Assembly: GCF_014396165.1 (NCBI RefSeq)
Contig: NZ_CP060715.1
Span: 1,680,001 to 1,712,000 of the forward strand
Direction of reading: 5' to 3'
Origin: Erysipelothrix inopinata
Lineage (GTDB): Bacteria > Bacillota_I > Bacilli_A > Erysipelotrichales > Erysipelotrichaceae
DNA length: 32,000 nt
Part shown: one piece after another, positions 17,831 to 26,186 of the stretch
Numbering within the stretch: position 1 is the first letter of the stretch
How the letters are laid out: each line of letters opens with the position of its first letter
Made by a program: the position numbers and the translations under genes
The notes under the pieces: model-generated
What the model was told of the DNA's origin: nothing
Database searches by the model: none
What the model saw: the letters and a program-made list of their open reading frames with translations, nothing else

Positions 17831-19450
17831 TTACTCTTGATCATAGTAGTCATCATACTCGTCAAAGTCGATTTCTTCCTCATACCATGAGTTTTCTTCG
17901 GCTTGTTCGCGTTTTTTGACTTCTAGCAACTCTTCTTCCGTATATTCTGGAACAATTTCATATTCCATTTCTTTTAGAAGTTCACTTGTATTTACAGGTT
18001 TTTCTTCTTCACGGTTATCGCGTTTGTTATATCTACGACGTGCTACAGGTTCTTGTTGTTTTGGAGCCCCAGCTAGTTGTTCAAACTTAGATACATAATC
18101 TGTACGTGGTTTGAATACATCTTTACGAGAAACCTTAACTTTTTCTTCTGCAGGTTCGTCTGTAGACTCTTCTTCAACCGCTTCTTCGATTGTTTCTTCA
18201 ACAACTGCTTCTTCGACAGTTTCTTCGATAGCTTCTACTTCCGCTTCGACTTCTTCTACAATTTCTACTGCTTCAATTGTTTCAACAACTGCTTCAGTCG
18301 CTTCTTCAACGATTTCGTTTTCAACTTCTTCGACAACTGCTTCTTTAGCGAGTTTTTCGTTAATTTCAGCTTCGTACGCTGCCATCTTACCGAGATAGTC
18401 AATACCATCAGCAGTTGCATCCGATACTGATTTAATATCAATGCGTTGTTTTGTTAAACGAACAGCAAGACGTGCATTTTTACCACGTTTACCAATGGCA
18501 AGTGATAATTGAGAGTCATCAACAATTACAATTAATCCCTTGTTTTCATCATTTGGGAAAACAGCAACAACTTCTGCTGGAGCAAGTGCATTATGAATTA
18601 ATTCAATCATGTTTTCGCTCCACTCAAAGATATCAATTTTTTCACCTTTAAGTTCTTCAATAATTGTTTGGACACGTGCACCACGTGGTCCAATACATGC
18701 TCCAATTGGATCAATATCTGGATCATGTGAGTAAACAGCAATCTTTGTACGTTCACCTGCTTCACGAGCAATCGCCTTAATTTCAACTTGTCCATCGAAA
18801 ATTTCAGGAACTTCTGCTTCAAAAAGACGACGTACTAACATTGCATCTGCACGAGACACTAGAATTGGTGCCCCTTTAGCATCTTTATTTACATCTGTGA
18901 TAACAACTTTTAATGTTTGACCTTCTTGATAGATTTCTCCTTCAATTTGTGCTGCGCGTGGCATCACCGCAAGAGATTTACCAAGATTTAAAACAACAAA
19001 TTTATCTTCAACACTTTCAACCATAGCGAAGATCATTTCACCCAGTTGATCAATATATTCATCGTAGATTCCTTGTTTTTCAGCTTCACGAATACGTTGT
19101 TTAATAACGTTTTTCGCAAGAATTGCTGCAGCGCGACCTAATGAATCAATAGGTTGTTCAATCTGGTAGTAATCACCAACAACAAGTTCAACATTGTCAT
19201 CATCTAATTCATGGATTCCAACTTCAAGTTCATCATCCATAACTTCTTCCACAATTTTATATTTATGGTAGAGTTTAATATCTCCTGATCCCTCAGAAAT
19301 CACGACGTCTACTAACGCGTCAGGAACCCCTATTTGACGGCGGTAAGCCTTAGCAAGTGAGTCTTTTAAAGCGTCAATTACTATTTCTTTAGGAATATTC
19401 CGGTCGTTTTCGATAGCTTGCATCGCGAGCATTACTTTATCAACGTTCAT
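17831..19450 (-). CDS. nusA: Transcription termination/antitermination factor NusA with a long acidic C-terminal extension
   Basis: The N-terminal domain, S1 domain and two KH domains are present (CIGPRGARVQ, AIGKRGKNARL). About 170 further residues are rich in E/V/A (EEVENEIVEEATEAVVETIEAVEIVEEVEAEVEA...), ending in DFDEYDDYYDQE. Confidence 0.9.
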   Translation of the reverse strand: MNVDKVMLAMQAIENDRNIPKEIVIDALKDSLAKAYRRQIGVPDALVDVVISEGSGDIKLYHKYKIVEEVMDDELEVGIHELDDDNVELVVGDYYQIEQPIDSLGRAAAILAKNVIKQRIREAEKQGIYDEYIDQLGEMIFAMVESVEDKFVVLNLGKSLAVMPRAAQIEGEIYQEGQTLKVVITDVNKDAKGAPILVSRADAMLVRRLFEAEVPEIFDGQVEIKAIAREAGERTKIAVYSHDPDIDPIGACIGPRGARVQTIIEELKGEKIDIFEWSENMIELIHNALAPAEVVAVFPNDENKGLIVIVDDSQLSLAIGKRGKNARLAVRLTKQRIDIKSVSDATADGIDYLGKMAAYEAEINEKLAKEAVVEEVENEIVEEATEAVVETIEAVEIVEEVEAEVEAIEETVEEAVVEETIEEAVEEESTDEPAEEKVKVSRKDVFKPRTDYVSKFEQLAGAPKQQEPVARRRYNKRDNREEEKPVNTSELLKEMEYEIVPEYTEEELLEVKKREQAEENSWYEEEIDFDEYDDYYDQE

Positions 19451-19461
19451 TTTTAATCTCC

Positions 19462-19893
19462 TTACAACTTAACTGCTAATCTTAGCATTTTAATGTTTAA
19501 ACGTTCAATTTTCACTTCTTTTAAAGCGTGTTTTTGTCTATAGGAAATTACGATATCTTGGTCATCCACAGATACGACAGTTCCTTCAACATAATCAGCA
19601 CCCATAAATGGATTAACGAACTGCACTAAGACATATTGATCAACAAGGCTATCAAAGTCTTCTGCATCAATTTCTCGCTCAGCACCAGCTGAACCAACAT
19701 CTAAACCGATTTCGTAATCTAAAGCTTCGCCAAAAGCTTCTGCTGCACGGGTGCATGTATCTAAATCAATAGGTTCATAGTTTTTATTCGCAATACTTAT
19801 TTCCAATAAATCCTTGTTAATAAGTTCTGTTTCAATAATGTCTAATCCTAAAGAATCAGCTACAGGCTTAATAAGTTCTACATACTTTTCCAT
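19462..19893 (-). CDS. rimP: Ribosome maturation factor RimP
   Basis: 143 aa, first gene of the nusA operon. It shows a RimP-like pattern (LIKPVADSLGLDIIETEL...). Confidence 0.8.
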   Translation of the reverse strand: MEKYVELIKPVADSLGLDIIETELINKDLLEISIANKNYEPIDLDTCTRAAEAFGEALDYEIGLDVGSAGAEREIDAEDFDSLVDQYVLVQFVNPFMGADYVEGTVVSVDDQDIVISYRQKHALKEVKIERLNIKMLRLAVKL

Positions 19894-19915
19894 ACTCGCT
19901 CCTTAGACAATATAT

Positions 19916-19938
19916 AAGGAGTGGTCTGACCACTCCTT
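19916..19938 (-). promoter_or_regulatory. Leader hairpin between the rimP promoter and the rimP RBS (possible attenuator)
   Basis: The stem AAGGAGTGG / CCACTCCTT (9 bp, 5-nt loop) lies about 10-30 nt downstream of the predicted start site. On the minus strand it is followed by an interrupted U tract (AUAUAUUGU) and then AGGAG-N5-ATG. Confidence 0.5.
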
Positions 19939-19954
19939 GTTAAAGTATATTTAA

Positions 19955-19983
19955 ATTATAGCTTAACTCATAGTAAATATCAA
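19955..19983 (-). promoter_or_regulatory. Sigma-A promoter of the rimP-nusA-infB operon
   Basis: On the minus strand, TTGATA (19983-19978), a 17-nt spacer and a consensus TATAAT (19960-19955). Confidence 0.75.
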
Positions 19984-20145
19984 GGTTACAATACTTACCA
20001 ACACGATTTAAACTTGGAGTTGTTAAATCACAACTCTATTTTACCACAAACTCTTCTAAAATACCTAGATTAATGTCTTATAAGATTGTTTGTGACCCTC
20101 TTTGTATCGATAACTATGTTAAAATGAATCCAAGGAGGATTTACT

Positions 20146-21039
20146 ATGTCAAAGATTGCTTTACCAAAAATGCTTGAGTCAGTAAGTCATGACTATGATT
20201 GTGTATATTATGATGAGACTTTAGGGGCTATGGATGATGTTGAAATTGTTGTTGGATATCCGAAAGACCTTATCGAATACATTGCGAACTACCCGTCCCT
20301 CAAGTTGGTTCACCTTGTTTCTGCAGGGTTTGATTATGTTGATTTGGAAACTTTAAAAAATCACGGAGTTGAGGTTTACAATGCACGGGGTGTTTATAGC
20401 ATTCCTATTGCCGAGTACATTGTAGGTCATTTGTTATCGTTAACAAAACAAATCCCCTATTATCGTGATATGCAATCACAACAGCTTTGGGAACCCCAAG
20501 TAAGTCACGAACTCTTCGGCAAATCAGCACTCTTCTTAGGCGCAGGAGATATTGCTCAAGAAACTTCCAAACGATTAAGAAGTTTTGGCGTCACAACTAC
20601 CGGTACCAATCGCAAGGGTAATCTAATTGAAACGTTCGATCAAGTGTATCCACTTGATAGCCTAAATGATTTGTTGCCAAACTACGATATTGTCATTAAT
20701 ACATTGCCGGCAAATAACCACACAATTCATATTCTAAATAAGCAGACCTTAAGTTTGATGAAAAAGGATGCGGTACTCATTAATATCGGAAGAGGAAATG
20801 CTCTATGTACCGATGATCTTCTTGAAATTTTAGATAATCATCTTGATCATGTTATTCTTGATGTATTCGAAGAAGAACCGTTACCCCAAAACCATCCTTT
20901 ATGGAAACACCCCAAAGCAACCTTAACACCTCACTGCTCGGGTCGCTCTGACGCTATCGATTTGCGACTCTTTAATCTAATCAGCAAAAACATCGACGCC
21001 TTTATCCGAAAAGAACCAGTTGAAAATAAAATCATTTAA
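20146..21039 (+). CDS. NAD-dependent D-isomer-specific 2-hydroxyacid dehydrogenase family protein
   Basis: The nucleotide-binding motif LGAGDIAQE and the catalytic triad context (IGRGN, DVFEEEPLP, TPHCSG) are present. The RBS is AAGGAGG. A possible extended -10 TGtTAAAAT lies at 20117-20125. Confidence 0.8.
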   Translation: MSKIALPKMLESVSHDYDCVYYDETLGAMDDVEIVVGYPKDLIEYIANYPSLKLVHLVSAGFDYVDLETLKNHGVEVYNARGVYSIPIAEYIVGHLLSLTKQIPYYRDMQSQQLWEPQVSHELFGKSALFLGAGDIAQETSKRLRSFGVTTTGTNRKGNLIETFDQVYPLDSLNDLLPNYDIVINTLPANNHTIHILNKQTLSLMKKDAVLINIGRGNALCTDDLLEILDNHLDHVILDVFEEEPLPQNHPLWKHPKATLTPHCSGRSDAIDLRLFNLISKNIDAFIRKEPVENKII

Positions 21040-21066
21040 AAAAGTAACCTTACGGTTACTTTTATT
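21038..21066. terminator. Bidirectional intrinsic terminator between convergent genes
   Basis: AAAAA AGTAACC ttac GGTTACT TTTATT. The 7-bp stem is flanked by an A run and a T run, so it can serve both the dehydrogenase (+) and the ECF S-component gene (-). Confidence 0.7.
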
Positions 21067-21634
21067 ATGCATTCTTTATAATCTTCTTCAGCGCAAAGAC
21101 AAGTGGTGTCACAATCAATGTTACGATTATCGTCTTAATCAAAGTGGAAACTGAAATCGCACCTAAAATATATTGGAACGCGGGAATACCGGTTGTTTCA
21201 TAAATCGGTTTTGCATACAACAGATACAACATTGCGTAGACTGCGAATGTATTGGTTAAATTCCCTACTACAGCAGAAATCCCAACAGCAAATTTTGAAT
21301 TGATTTTCCCAGAAAGAGCTTTATAAACAAAATATGTTGTTACTGGAATAAGAACTCGCGGCAAAATAGATATCAGCGGATTAACAAAGAACGGATCCAG
21401 AACACCTGTGGGTGTCGTCAATGCAATAAACAAGCTAATCAACCCAAATACAAATGCTACAGCAACACCTTGCCACAATCCCAGCACCATTGCCGCAACA
21501 ATCGCTGGAATATGAGCAATTGTCACACTAACCATTGGAAGTCGTAATGTTCCAAGTGGCGTAAACATCATTATTACTGTCAATGACACGAGCATTGCAG
21601 TAAAAACTAAATCTCTAGTTTTATTTTTTTCCAT
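21065..21634 (-). CDS. ECF-transporter substrate-specific (S) component, solitary, substrate unknown
   Basis: 189 aa with about six TM segments and the S-component-like motif TIAHIPAIVAAMVLGLWQG. No EcfA or EcfT genes are adjacent, which is the group II arrangement. I saw no riboswitch in the short leader. Confidence 0.65.
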   Translation of the reverse strand: MEKNKTRDLVFTAMLVSLTVIMMFTPLGTLRLPMVSVTIAHIPAIVAAMVLGLWQGVAVAFVFGLISLFIALTTPTGVLDPFFVNPLISILPRVLIPVTTYFVYKALSGKINSKFAVGISAVVGNLTNTFAVYAMLYLLYAKPIYETTGIPAFQYILGAISVSTLIKTIIVTLIVTPLVFALKKIIKNA

Positions 21635-21715
21635 AAAGAAACCCCTTTAGCGCAAACATTGTAACATAAACAATCTCGAATTTCATTGATATCGCGTAAT
21701 TCAAAAGTTCGAAAG

Positions 21716-21747
21716 AAAAACAGCGACTTACTTGAGACGCTGTTTTT
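21716..21747 (-). terminator. Intrinsic terminator after the MucBP surface-protein gene
   Basis: AAAAACAGCG-(12 nt)-CGCTGTTTTT. On the minus strand a 7-bp stem is followed by TTTTCTTTC, starting 8 nt after the stop codon. Confidence 0.7.
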
Positions 21748-21754
21748 AACTTAA

Positions 21755-23818
21755 TTAGAAGTCAATGATGACAGGAATATACATGCAAGTATACGTTACA
21801 TATACAGTCTTAGAATTTTCATCATAAGTAATAATTGGAGTCTCAGCCAAACTTGCTTTGAAATCAACAAATCCACCATATTCGGTTGAGCCATCGCCTA
21901 TGTACCCATTTTGACTTTGAGAGTAAGATCCAAACGATTCTTTTTCGACCCCATTCTCATCTAAATAGAACGTATTCAATTGGACTTCCTTAGGTAAATC
22001 ATTAATATTGAATTCCCAGTTAGATAACGTTACTGATTCCAGTTCTTCTCCGTACTTAACCACTACTGTGCGATTTGTGATGGGTTCATTGAATTTCAAA
22101 TAGTAATTTGAAAAATCAATAACCTCCGCTTGGTAACGTGATAGATCAGGGACTGCTATAAAGTCCTTAGTTGGGTAACCGTTTTGAACATGTTTAAATT
22201 TCACAACAGTTGTCATATATTTAACGGCCTTATCATAAACCACTGTAACTTCTTGATTTGATGCAGTGAATGTTCCTTCAAAGTTCCCTTGAAATTCTTT
22301 GAATTGATAACCATCTATAATTGGCGCTTCAACTTTATAAGAACTCCCTGTCACCCCAGTAAGAGTTACAGGATCTTTGATTTGATTGCCTAGCATATCG
22401 TGATAATTAACTAAAACAGTACCTTCAGTTAGAAGTTTGTTATATGTAATCGTAATGATTTGATCTTCAACTAAGAATGTATTGTTGCCAGGATTAGAAA
22501 TTTCTTTAAATTTATAGCCATCAATTTCGGGGATATCTACTTCGAAACCAGTACCTACTTCCCCAGACAAAACATTATTTGGTTTGAGCGGTGTTCCAGT
22601 TTCATCACGATATTCAATCGTTACCTTACCTATGGAAGAAACAATTTTTCTATATTGAACGATGACTTCTTGTTGCTGTTCAGTAAAGAGTCCTATGTTA
22701 TTGCCGACAAACTTAACAAACTCATACCCGTCAATCATATCAATTGAAACAGTATAAGTACTGCCTATACTACCAGTCATAATTTTAGTAGGTCTGATTG
22801 TATTTCCATCAATGTCTTGGTAATTAACAGTCAAGTTTCCATTCTTTATTACTTTATCATATACAAGAGTTATCACTTGATGTTCTTTAGTGAATAAGGC
22901 ATTACCTAGATTTTCAATATGATTGAATGTGTAGTTTGATATTTTAGGAATATCAACCTTAAATACAGATCCAATGCCACCTGTTAGCTTCATCTCAGGT
23001 TTGATAGCATTTCCTAAGGTATCGTGATAACGAAGTGTAACGAATCCAACTTTCGAATCGTTTTTTCGATAAATTGCAGTTACAGTTTGTTTTTCGATTG
23101 TGAAGCGCCCTTCAGAGTTACCTCTAAATTCTATAAATTGATATCCTTCGAGATCAACCACCTCAATTTTAAACGGTTTATTAACAACTCCTTTAACTTG
23201 AGTTTTGTTTGCGAGTACATTGCCAGTTTCATCTTGATAATGGACTTCAACTATGCCTTCTTTGTCTTCCACAACTTCATCAGGATTATCCTTTGCTGCA
23301 ACTATATATCCTAGATATTTATAACCCTGAATATGTTCTGGTTTTGGAGTAAAGGCTTCACCCTTAGTGACTGTAAGCGTAGTATCTTGAATTAGCGTTG
23401 AAGCATCAGCATAAATGTTCATAGCACCAATTGCGCCTACAGCAATAATGGTTCCAAGAATAACCAATCCAAACAAATTACCTTTTCCTGTTTTTTTGAA
23501 GAGTAACATTAAACCAATTGCGAGAAGTGCGACTCCTATAAATATAAAGGGAGATACAGAATTGAGTCCTGTATTAGGAAGCTCATTACCTCCAGTAATT
23601 TTCGAATAGATCATCCGAATATTGTAAACGTCCTGAGTAACACTAATCTCAGAAGAATCTTTAATTATAGAAGCTTTCTCAGAATCTGATAAATTATCGT
23701 AATTTATATGTGATACTGTTATTTCAGATTTTTTCGTATCACTCAACGCAAATGTTTGAGTGGCACCCATCAGCGACATTACCAAGACCATACACAATAA
23801 TCCAATCTTCTTTCTCAT
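21755..23818 (-). CDS. Secreted MucBP-repeat surface/adhesin-like protein with an internal LPNTG sorting-signal-like segment
   Basis: It has a signal peptide (MRKKIGLLCMVLVMSLMGATQTFA). An LPNTG + hydrophobic stretch + KKTGKG occupies residues 80-113, followed by a second hydrophobic segment. Five MucBP-like modules of about 69 aa follow, then a 153-aa C-terminal region without an anchor motif. Confidence 0.8.
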   Translation of the reverse strand: MRKKIGLLCMVLVMSLMGATQTFALSDTKKSEITVSHINYDNLSDSEKASIIKDSSEISVTQDVYNIRMIYSKITGGNELPNTGLNSVSPFIFIGVALLAIGLMLLFKKTGKGNLFGLVILGTIIAVGAIGAMNIYADASTLIQDTTLTVTKGEAFTPKPEHIQGYKYLGYIVAAKDNPDEVVEDKEGIVEVHYQDETGNVLANKTQVKGVVNKPFKIEVVDLEGYQFIEFRGNSEGRFTIEKQTVTAIYRKNDSKVGFVTLRYHDTLGNAIKPEMKLTGGIGSVFKVDIPKISNYTFNHIENLGNALFTKEHQVITLVYDKVIKNGNLTVNYQDIDGNTIRPTKIMTGSIGSTYTVSIDMIDGYEFVKFVGNNIGLFTEQQQEVIVQYRKIVSSIGKVTIEYRDETGTPLKPNNVLSGEVGTGFEVDIPEIDGYKFKEISNPGNNTFLVEDQIITITYNKLLTEGTVLVNYHDMLGNQIKDPVTLTGVTGSSYKVEAPIIDGYQFKEFQGNFEGTFTASNQEVTVVYDKAVKYMTTVVKFKHVQNGYPTKDFIAVPDLSRYQAEVIDFSNYYLKFNEPITNRTVVVKYGEELESVTLSNWEFNINDLPKEVQLNTFYLDENGVEKESFGSYSQSQNGYIGDGSTEYGGFVDFKASLAETPIITYDENSKTVYVTYTCMYIPVIIDF
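22226..23260 (-). repeat. Five tandem divergent MucBP-like coding repeats (about 207 bp each)
   Basis: The repeated protein pattern is G.V.V.Y.D..GN.I......TG..GS.Y.V....I.GY.F..F.GN..G.F......V.V.Y.K. The modules begin EGIVEVHYQDETGN, VGFVTLRYHDTLGN, NGNLTVNYQDIDGN, IGKVTIEYRDETGT and EGTVLVNYHDMLGN. Confidence 0.8.
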
Positions 23819-23920
23819 GTATTATTTCTTCCTTTCATATCGAGTCAGATCATAGCCAATTTAATCTTATTATATACGATGATTTCTTTACGTTGATGAT
23901 ACTTAAGTGAAATCATCATG

Positions 23921-23957
23921 AAACATAAGAAAGAGATGGTAATGAATACCATCTCTT
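23921..23957 (-). terminator. Intrinsic terminator after the nucleoside hydrolase operon
   Basis: A 10-bp stem AAGAGATGGT / ACCATCTCTT (23931-23940 / 23948-23957) with a 7-nt loop. On the minus strand it is followed by TCTTATGTTT. It begins 3 nt after the stop codon. Confidence 0.75.
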
Positions 23958-23959
23958 CG

Positions 23960-24898
23960 CTATAATATTTTGTTAATAGTTGTAATGACTTCGTTTTTAA
24001 ATCCCTCAACATCTAAATCTAATGCGACTGAAACATTGGGTTTTTTTAGTTCGTTTTGAATGTTTACATCCATTACGGTTCTTCCCCACTGTTTTTCATC
24101 GGTTAACACATCAATCTTAAATTTTGATGTAGAAACAAGATCTGGTCTCAGCAATGCAATTACCGCTAGTGGGTCATGCATTGCTGCTCCATTCCAAGCT
24201 GGATAGATCAGTTCATGGGCTTTGAAGTAGTGATCCATAATTGCATAAACTGTTTGCGCCTTAGCACTGCCCTGTTTCCATGATTCTAAGTCGTTTCTCG
24301 AGAAAATAGCTCGGGATGTCACATCGAGGCCAACCATAATAATCTCCATATCACTTTGAAACACAACTTTTGATGATTCAGGGTCTTGCATGATATTTGC
24401 TTCAGCAACAGCACTTACGTTACCTGGAACACATAGAGCACCACCCATAAGCGATAGTTTGCCGACCCGACTCATTACATCTGGATCCATTTTGATTGCA
24501 TCTGCTAGATTAGTTAATGGTCCTGAAGCAATGATGACAAGTTCTTGACCATACTTACGAGCGGATTCTACAAGAAATGATGCTGCATCGAGCGCTTCAT
24601 ATTGGCGTGTTACATCAAGTGTAACGTTACCAATTCCATTATCTCCATGAAATATTTTACTTCCACGTTGTTGTTCATACGTGCTATTCTGCGAAGCATG
24701 CCCTGCTCCTCGATAAACAGGAACATCTGATCTTCCAAACAAATCAAGAAGTCCTAAAGTATTCCGAGTTGCTTGGTCTACATCCGTGTTACCATAAACA
24801 CACGTTACCCCAATAAGTTCCACATCTTCAAGCGCGGCAAGGTATGCGAGGTTTAAAGTATCATCAATGCCTGTATCAACATCTAAAATAACTTTCAT
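23960..24898 (-). CDS. Inosine-uridine-preferring-type nucleoside hydrolase (IUNH family)
   Basis: The N-terminal aspartate cluster ILDVDTGIDDTLNLAY (DxDxxxDD) is present, along with other family blocks (IASGPLTNLA, AEANIMQDPES, MHDPLAV). Confidence 0.85.
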   Translation of the reverse strand: MKVILDVDTGIDDTLNLAYLAALEDVELIGVTCVYGNTDVDQATRNTLGLLDLFGRSDVPVYRGAGHASQNSTYEQQRGSKIFHGDNGIGNVTLDVTRQYEALDAASFLVESARKYGQELVIIASGPLTNLADAIKMDPDVMSRVGKLSLMGGALCVPGNVSAVAEANIMQDPESSKVVFQSDMEIIMVGLDVTSRAIFSRNDLESWKQGSAKAQTVYAIMDHYFKAHELIYPAWNGAAMHDPLAVIALLRPDLVSTSKFKIDVLTDEKQWGRTVMDVNIQNELKKPNVSVALDLDVEGFKNEVITTINKIL

Positions 24899-24900
24899 AA

Positions 24901-25383
24901 TTATCCTGCAATCATAATTCCAAGTTGCGCTAGAATAGCACGACCGAGATAACTACCTAAGAATACAAAGAGAGCCACAATAATGTATTTCCATGAGTTT
25001 TTTGATAAATCACCGAGGTTATCTGCGACAGAAATTCCTGCGAAAGCAAGAACAGGCGTCGTGATTGAAAGGAAATCGACACCACTGATTGCTTGAATAA
25101 AGAAATCAGAAATGAGGCAGAAAATCAATGATGTCACGGATACCCAACCTAAAACCGGGAAATCAGCCAATACTTTAACACCTGTCTTTTTCATAAGTTC
25201 CGCAATCAGTAATCCAATGTACGCAAATAAGACAAGGACTATCAATCCCATAATAGTATTCATTGTAATCGGTGTTGAAGCTGGGTTTTTAATAAGTTTC
25301 ACAAATTGAGTGAAGAGAATTAATCCTGCTCCTAAAAATAACATTTTTAATTTTGGTAATTGTTCTTTTATAATCGTAATCAT
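24901..25383 (-). CDS. Uncharacterised small polytopic membrane protein (about 5 TM), operon partner of 25392-26186
   Basis: 160 aa and almost entirely hydrophobic helices. The RBS AGGAGG lies 4 nt before the ATG. Only 2 nt separate its stop from the hydrolase ATG. Confidence 0.7.
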   Translation of the reverse strand: MITIIKEQLPKLKMLFLGAGLILFTQFVKLIKNPASTPITMNTIMGLIVLVLFAYIGLLIAELMKKTGVKVLADFPVLGWVSVTSLIFCLISDFFIQAISGVDFLSITTPVLAFAGISVADNLGDLSKNSWKYIIVALFVFLGSYLGRAILAQLGIMIAG

Positions 25384-25391
25384 GGGGCCTC

Positions 25392-26186
25392 CTAGTTAAT
25401 AGCTCTTTCTTTTTTAAATACACGATACATGGCATTCATCAATGGAATTGAAACAAAGACCATTACATAAGTACCCATGAAACTTGTAACTAATTGACTT
25501 GCTCCTGCAAATGAAGTAATCGTACTTGCATGTTCTGGATAAAGACCTACAATCGCACTTGATGAAGCTGTCATCATACTTGCAGAACCCAACCCTGACG
25601 CAATAGCAAGCGCACGATAGTCAAATCCTACTGCACTTAATAGTGGTGGAATAAAGCTAAAGAATAACGATCCAAATAAGGTTCCTACAAGATACATTGA
25701 TAGAACACCACGACCTTCATCGCCATTCAATCCAAATTTTTCAGTAATAAATGCAAGTTCACCTTCACGACCAATACCCAGAGTCGCACCGATTGCTTCA
25801 CGATTTAAGCCTAATAACAGAGCTATTGGTAATCCTAAAATAACGGTACCGATATTTCCAACAGATTGGAGTAAGAATACCCAACCAAGTTGTAAAATTT
25901 CATTGATTTTAGGCGCAACATCCGCACCATAGCGTGCCATAAGTGGCAACATAATAAAGATTAAATTACTTCCTGCAAACTTGATGTTTTCCTTAGAATA
26001 TACTGATTTCAAAGGCCCTTTTCTTAGTGCTGGTATTCCAATAATCATCGTTAGTAGCACAGCAAATACAAGTGGCAATACTAGAATTGTAATACTCCCT
26101 ACTTTGATGAATTGCATACCAATCATTTCTGATATAAAAATAATTCCCATTACATATAGTAAAAATACTATTTTATCTTTTTTCAA
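25392..26186 (-). CDS. Uncharacterised polytopic membrane protein (about 7-8 TM), candidate transporter subunit
   Basis: 264 aa and Gly/Ala/Ser-rich (GLGSASMMTASSSAIVG, GREGELAFITEKFG). Its start overlaps the end of the GNAT gene by 14 nt. In size and pairing it recalls two-subunit carriers, but homology is not verifiable here. Confidence 0.7.
   Translation of the reverse strand: MKKDKIVFLLYVMGIIFISEMIGMQFIKVGSITILVLPLVFAVLLTMIIGIPALRKGPLKSVYSKENIKFAGSNLIFIMLPLMARYGADVAPKINEILQLGWVFLLQSVGNIGTVILGLPIALLLGLNREAIGATLGIGREGELAFITEKFGLNGDEGRGVLSMYLVGTLFGSLFFSFIPPLLSAVGFDYRALAIASGLGSASMMTASSSAIVGLYPEHASTITSFAGASQLVTSFMGTYVMVFVSIPLMNAMYRVFKKERAIN

Noticed and set aside
18077-18430. Two long plus-strand ORFs (117 aa F/N/C-rich and 95 aa S/T-rich) antisense to nusA.
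   Set aside because: They lie exactly opposite the GAA/GTT-rich acidic-tail coding repeat of nusA. Their low-complexity compositions are the mirror image of E/V/A codons. They have no RBS, so they are frame artefacts.
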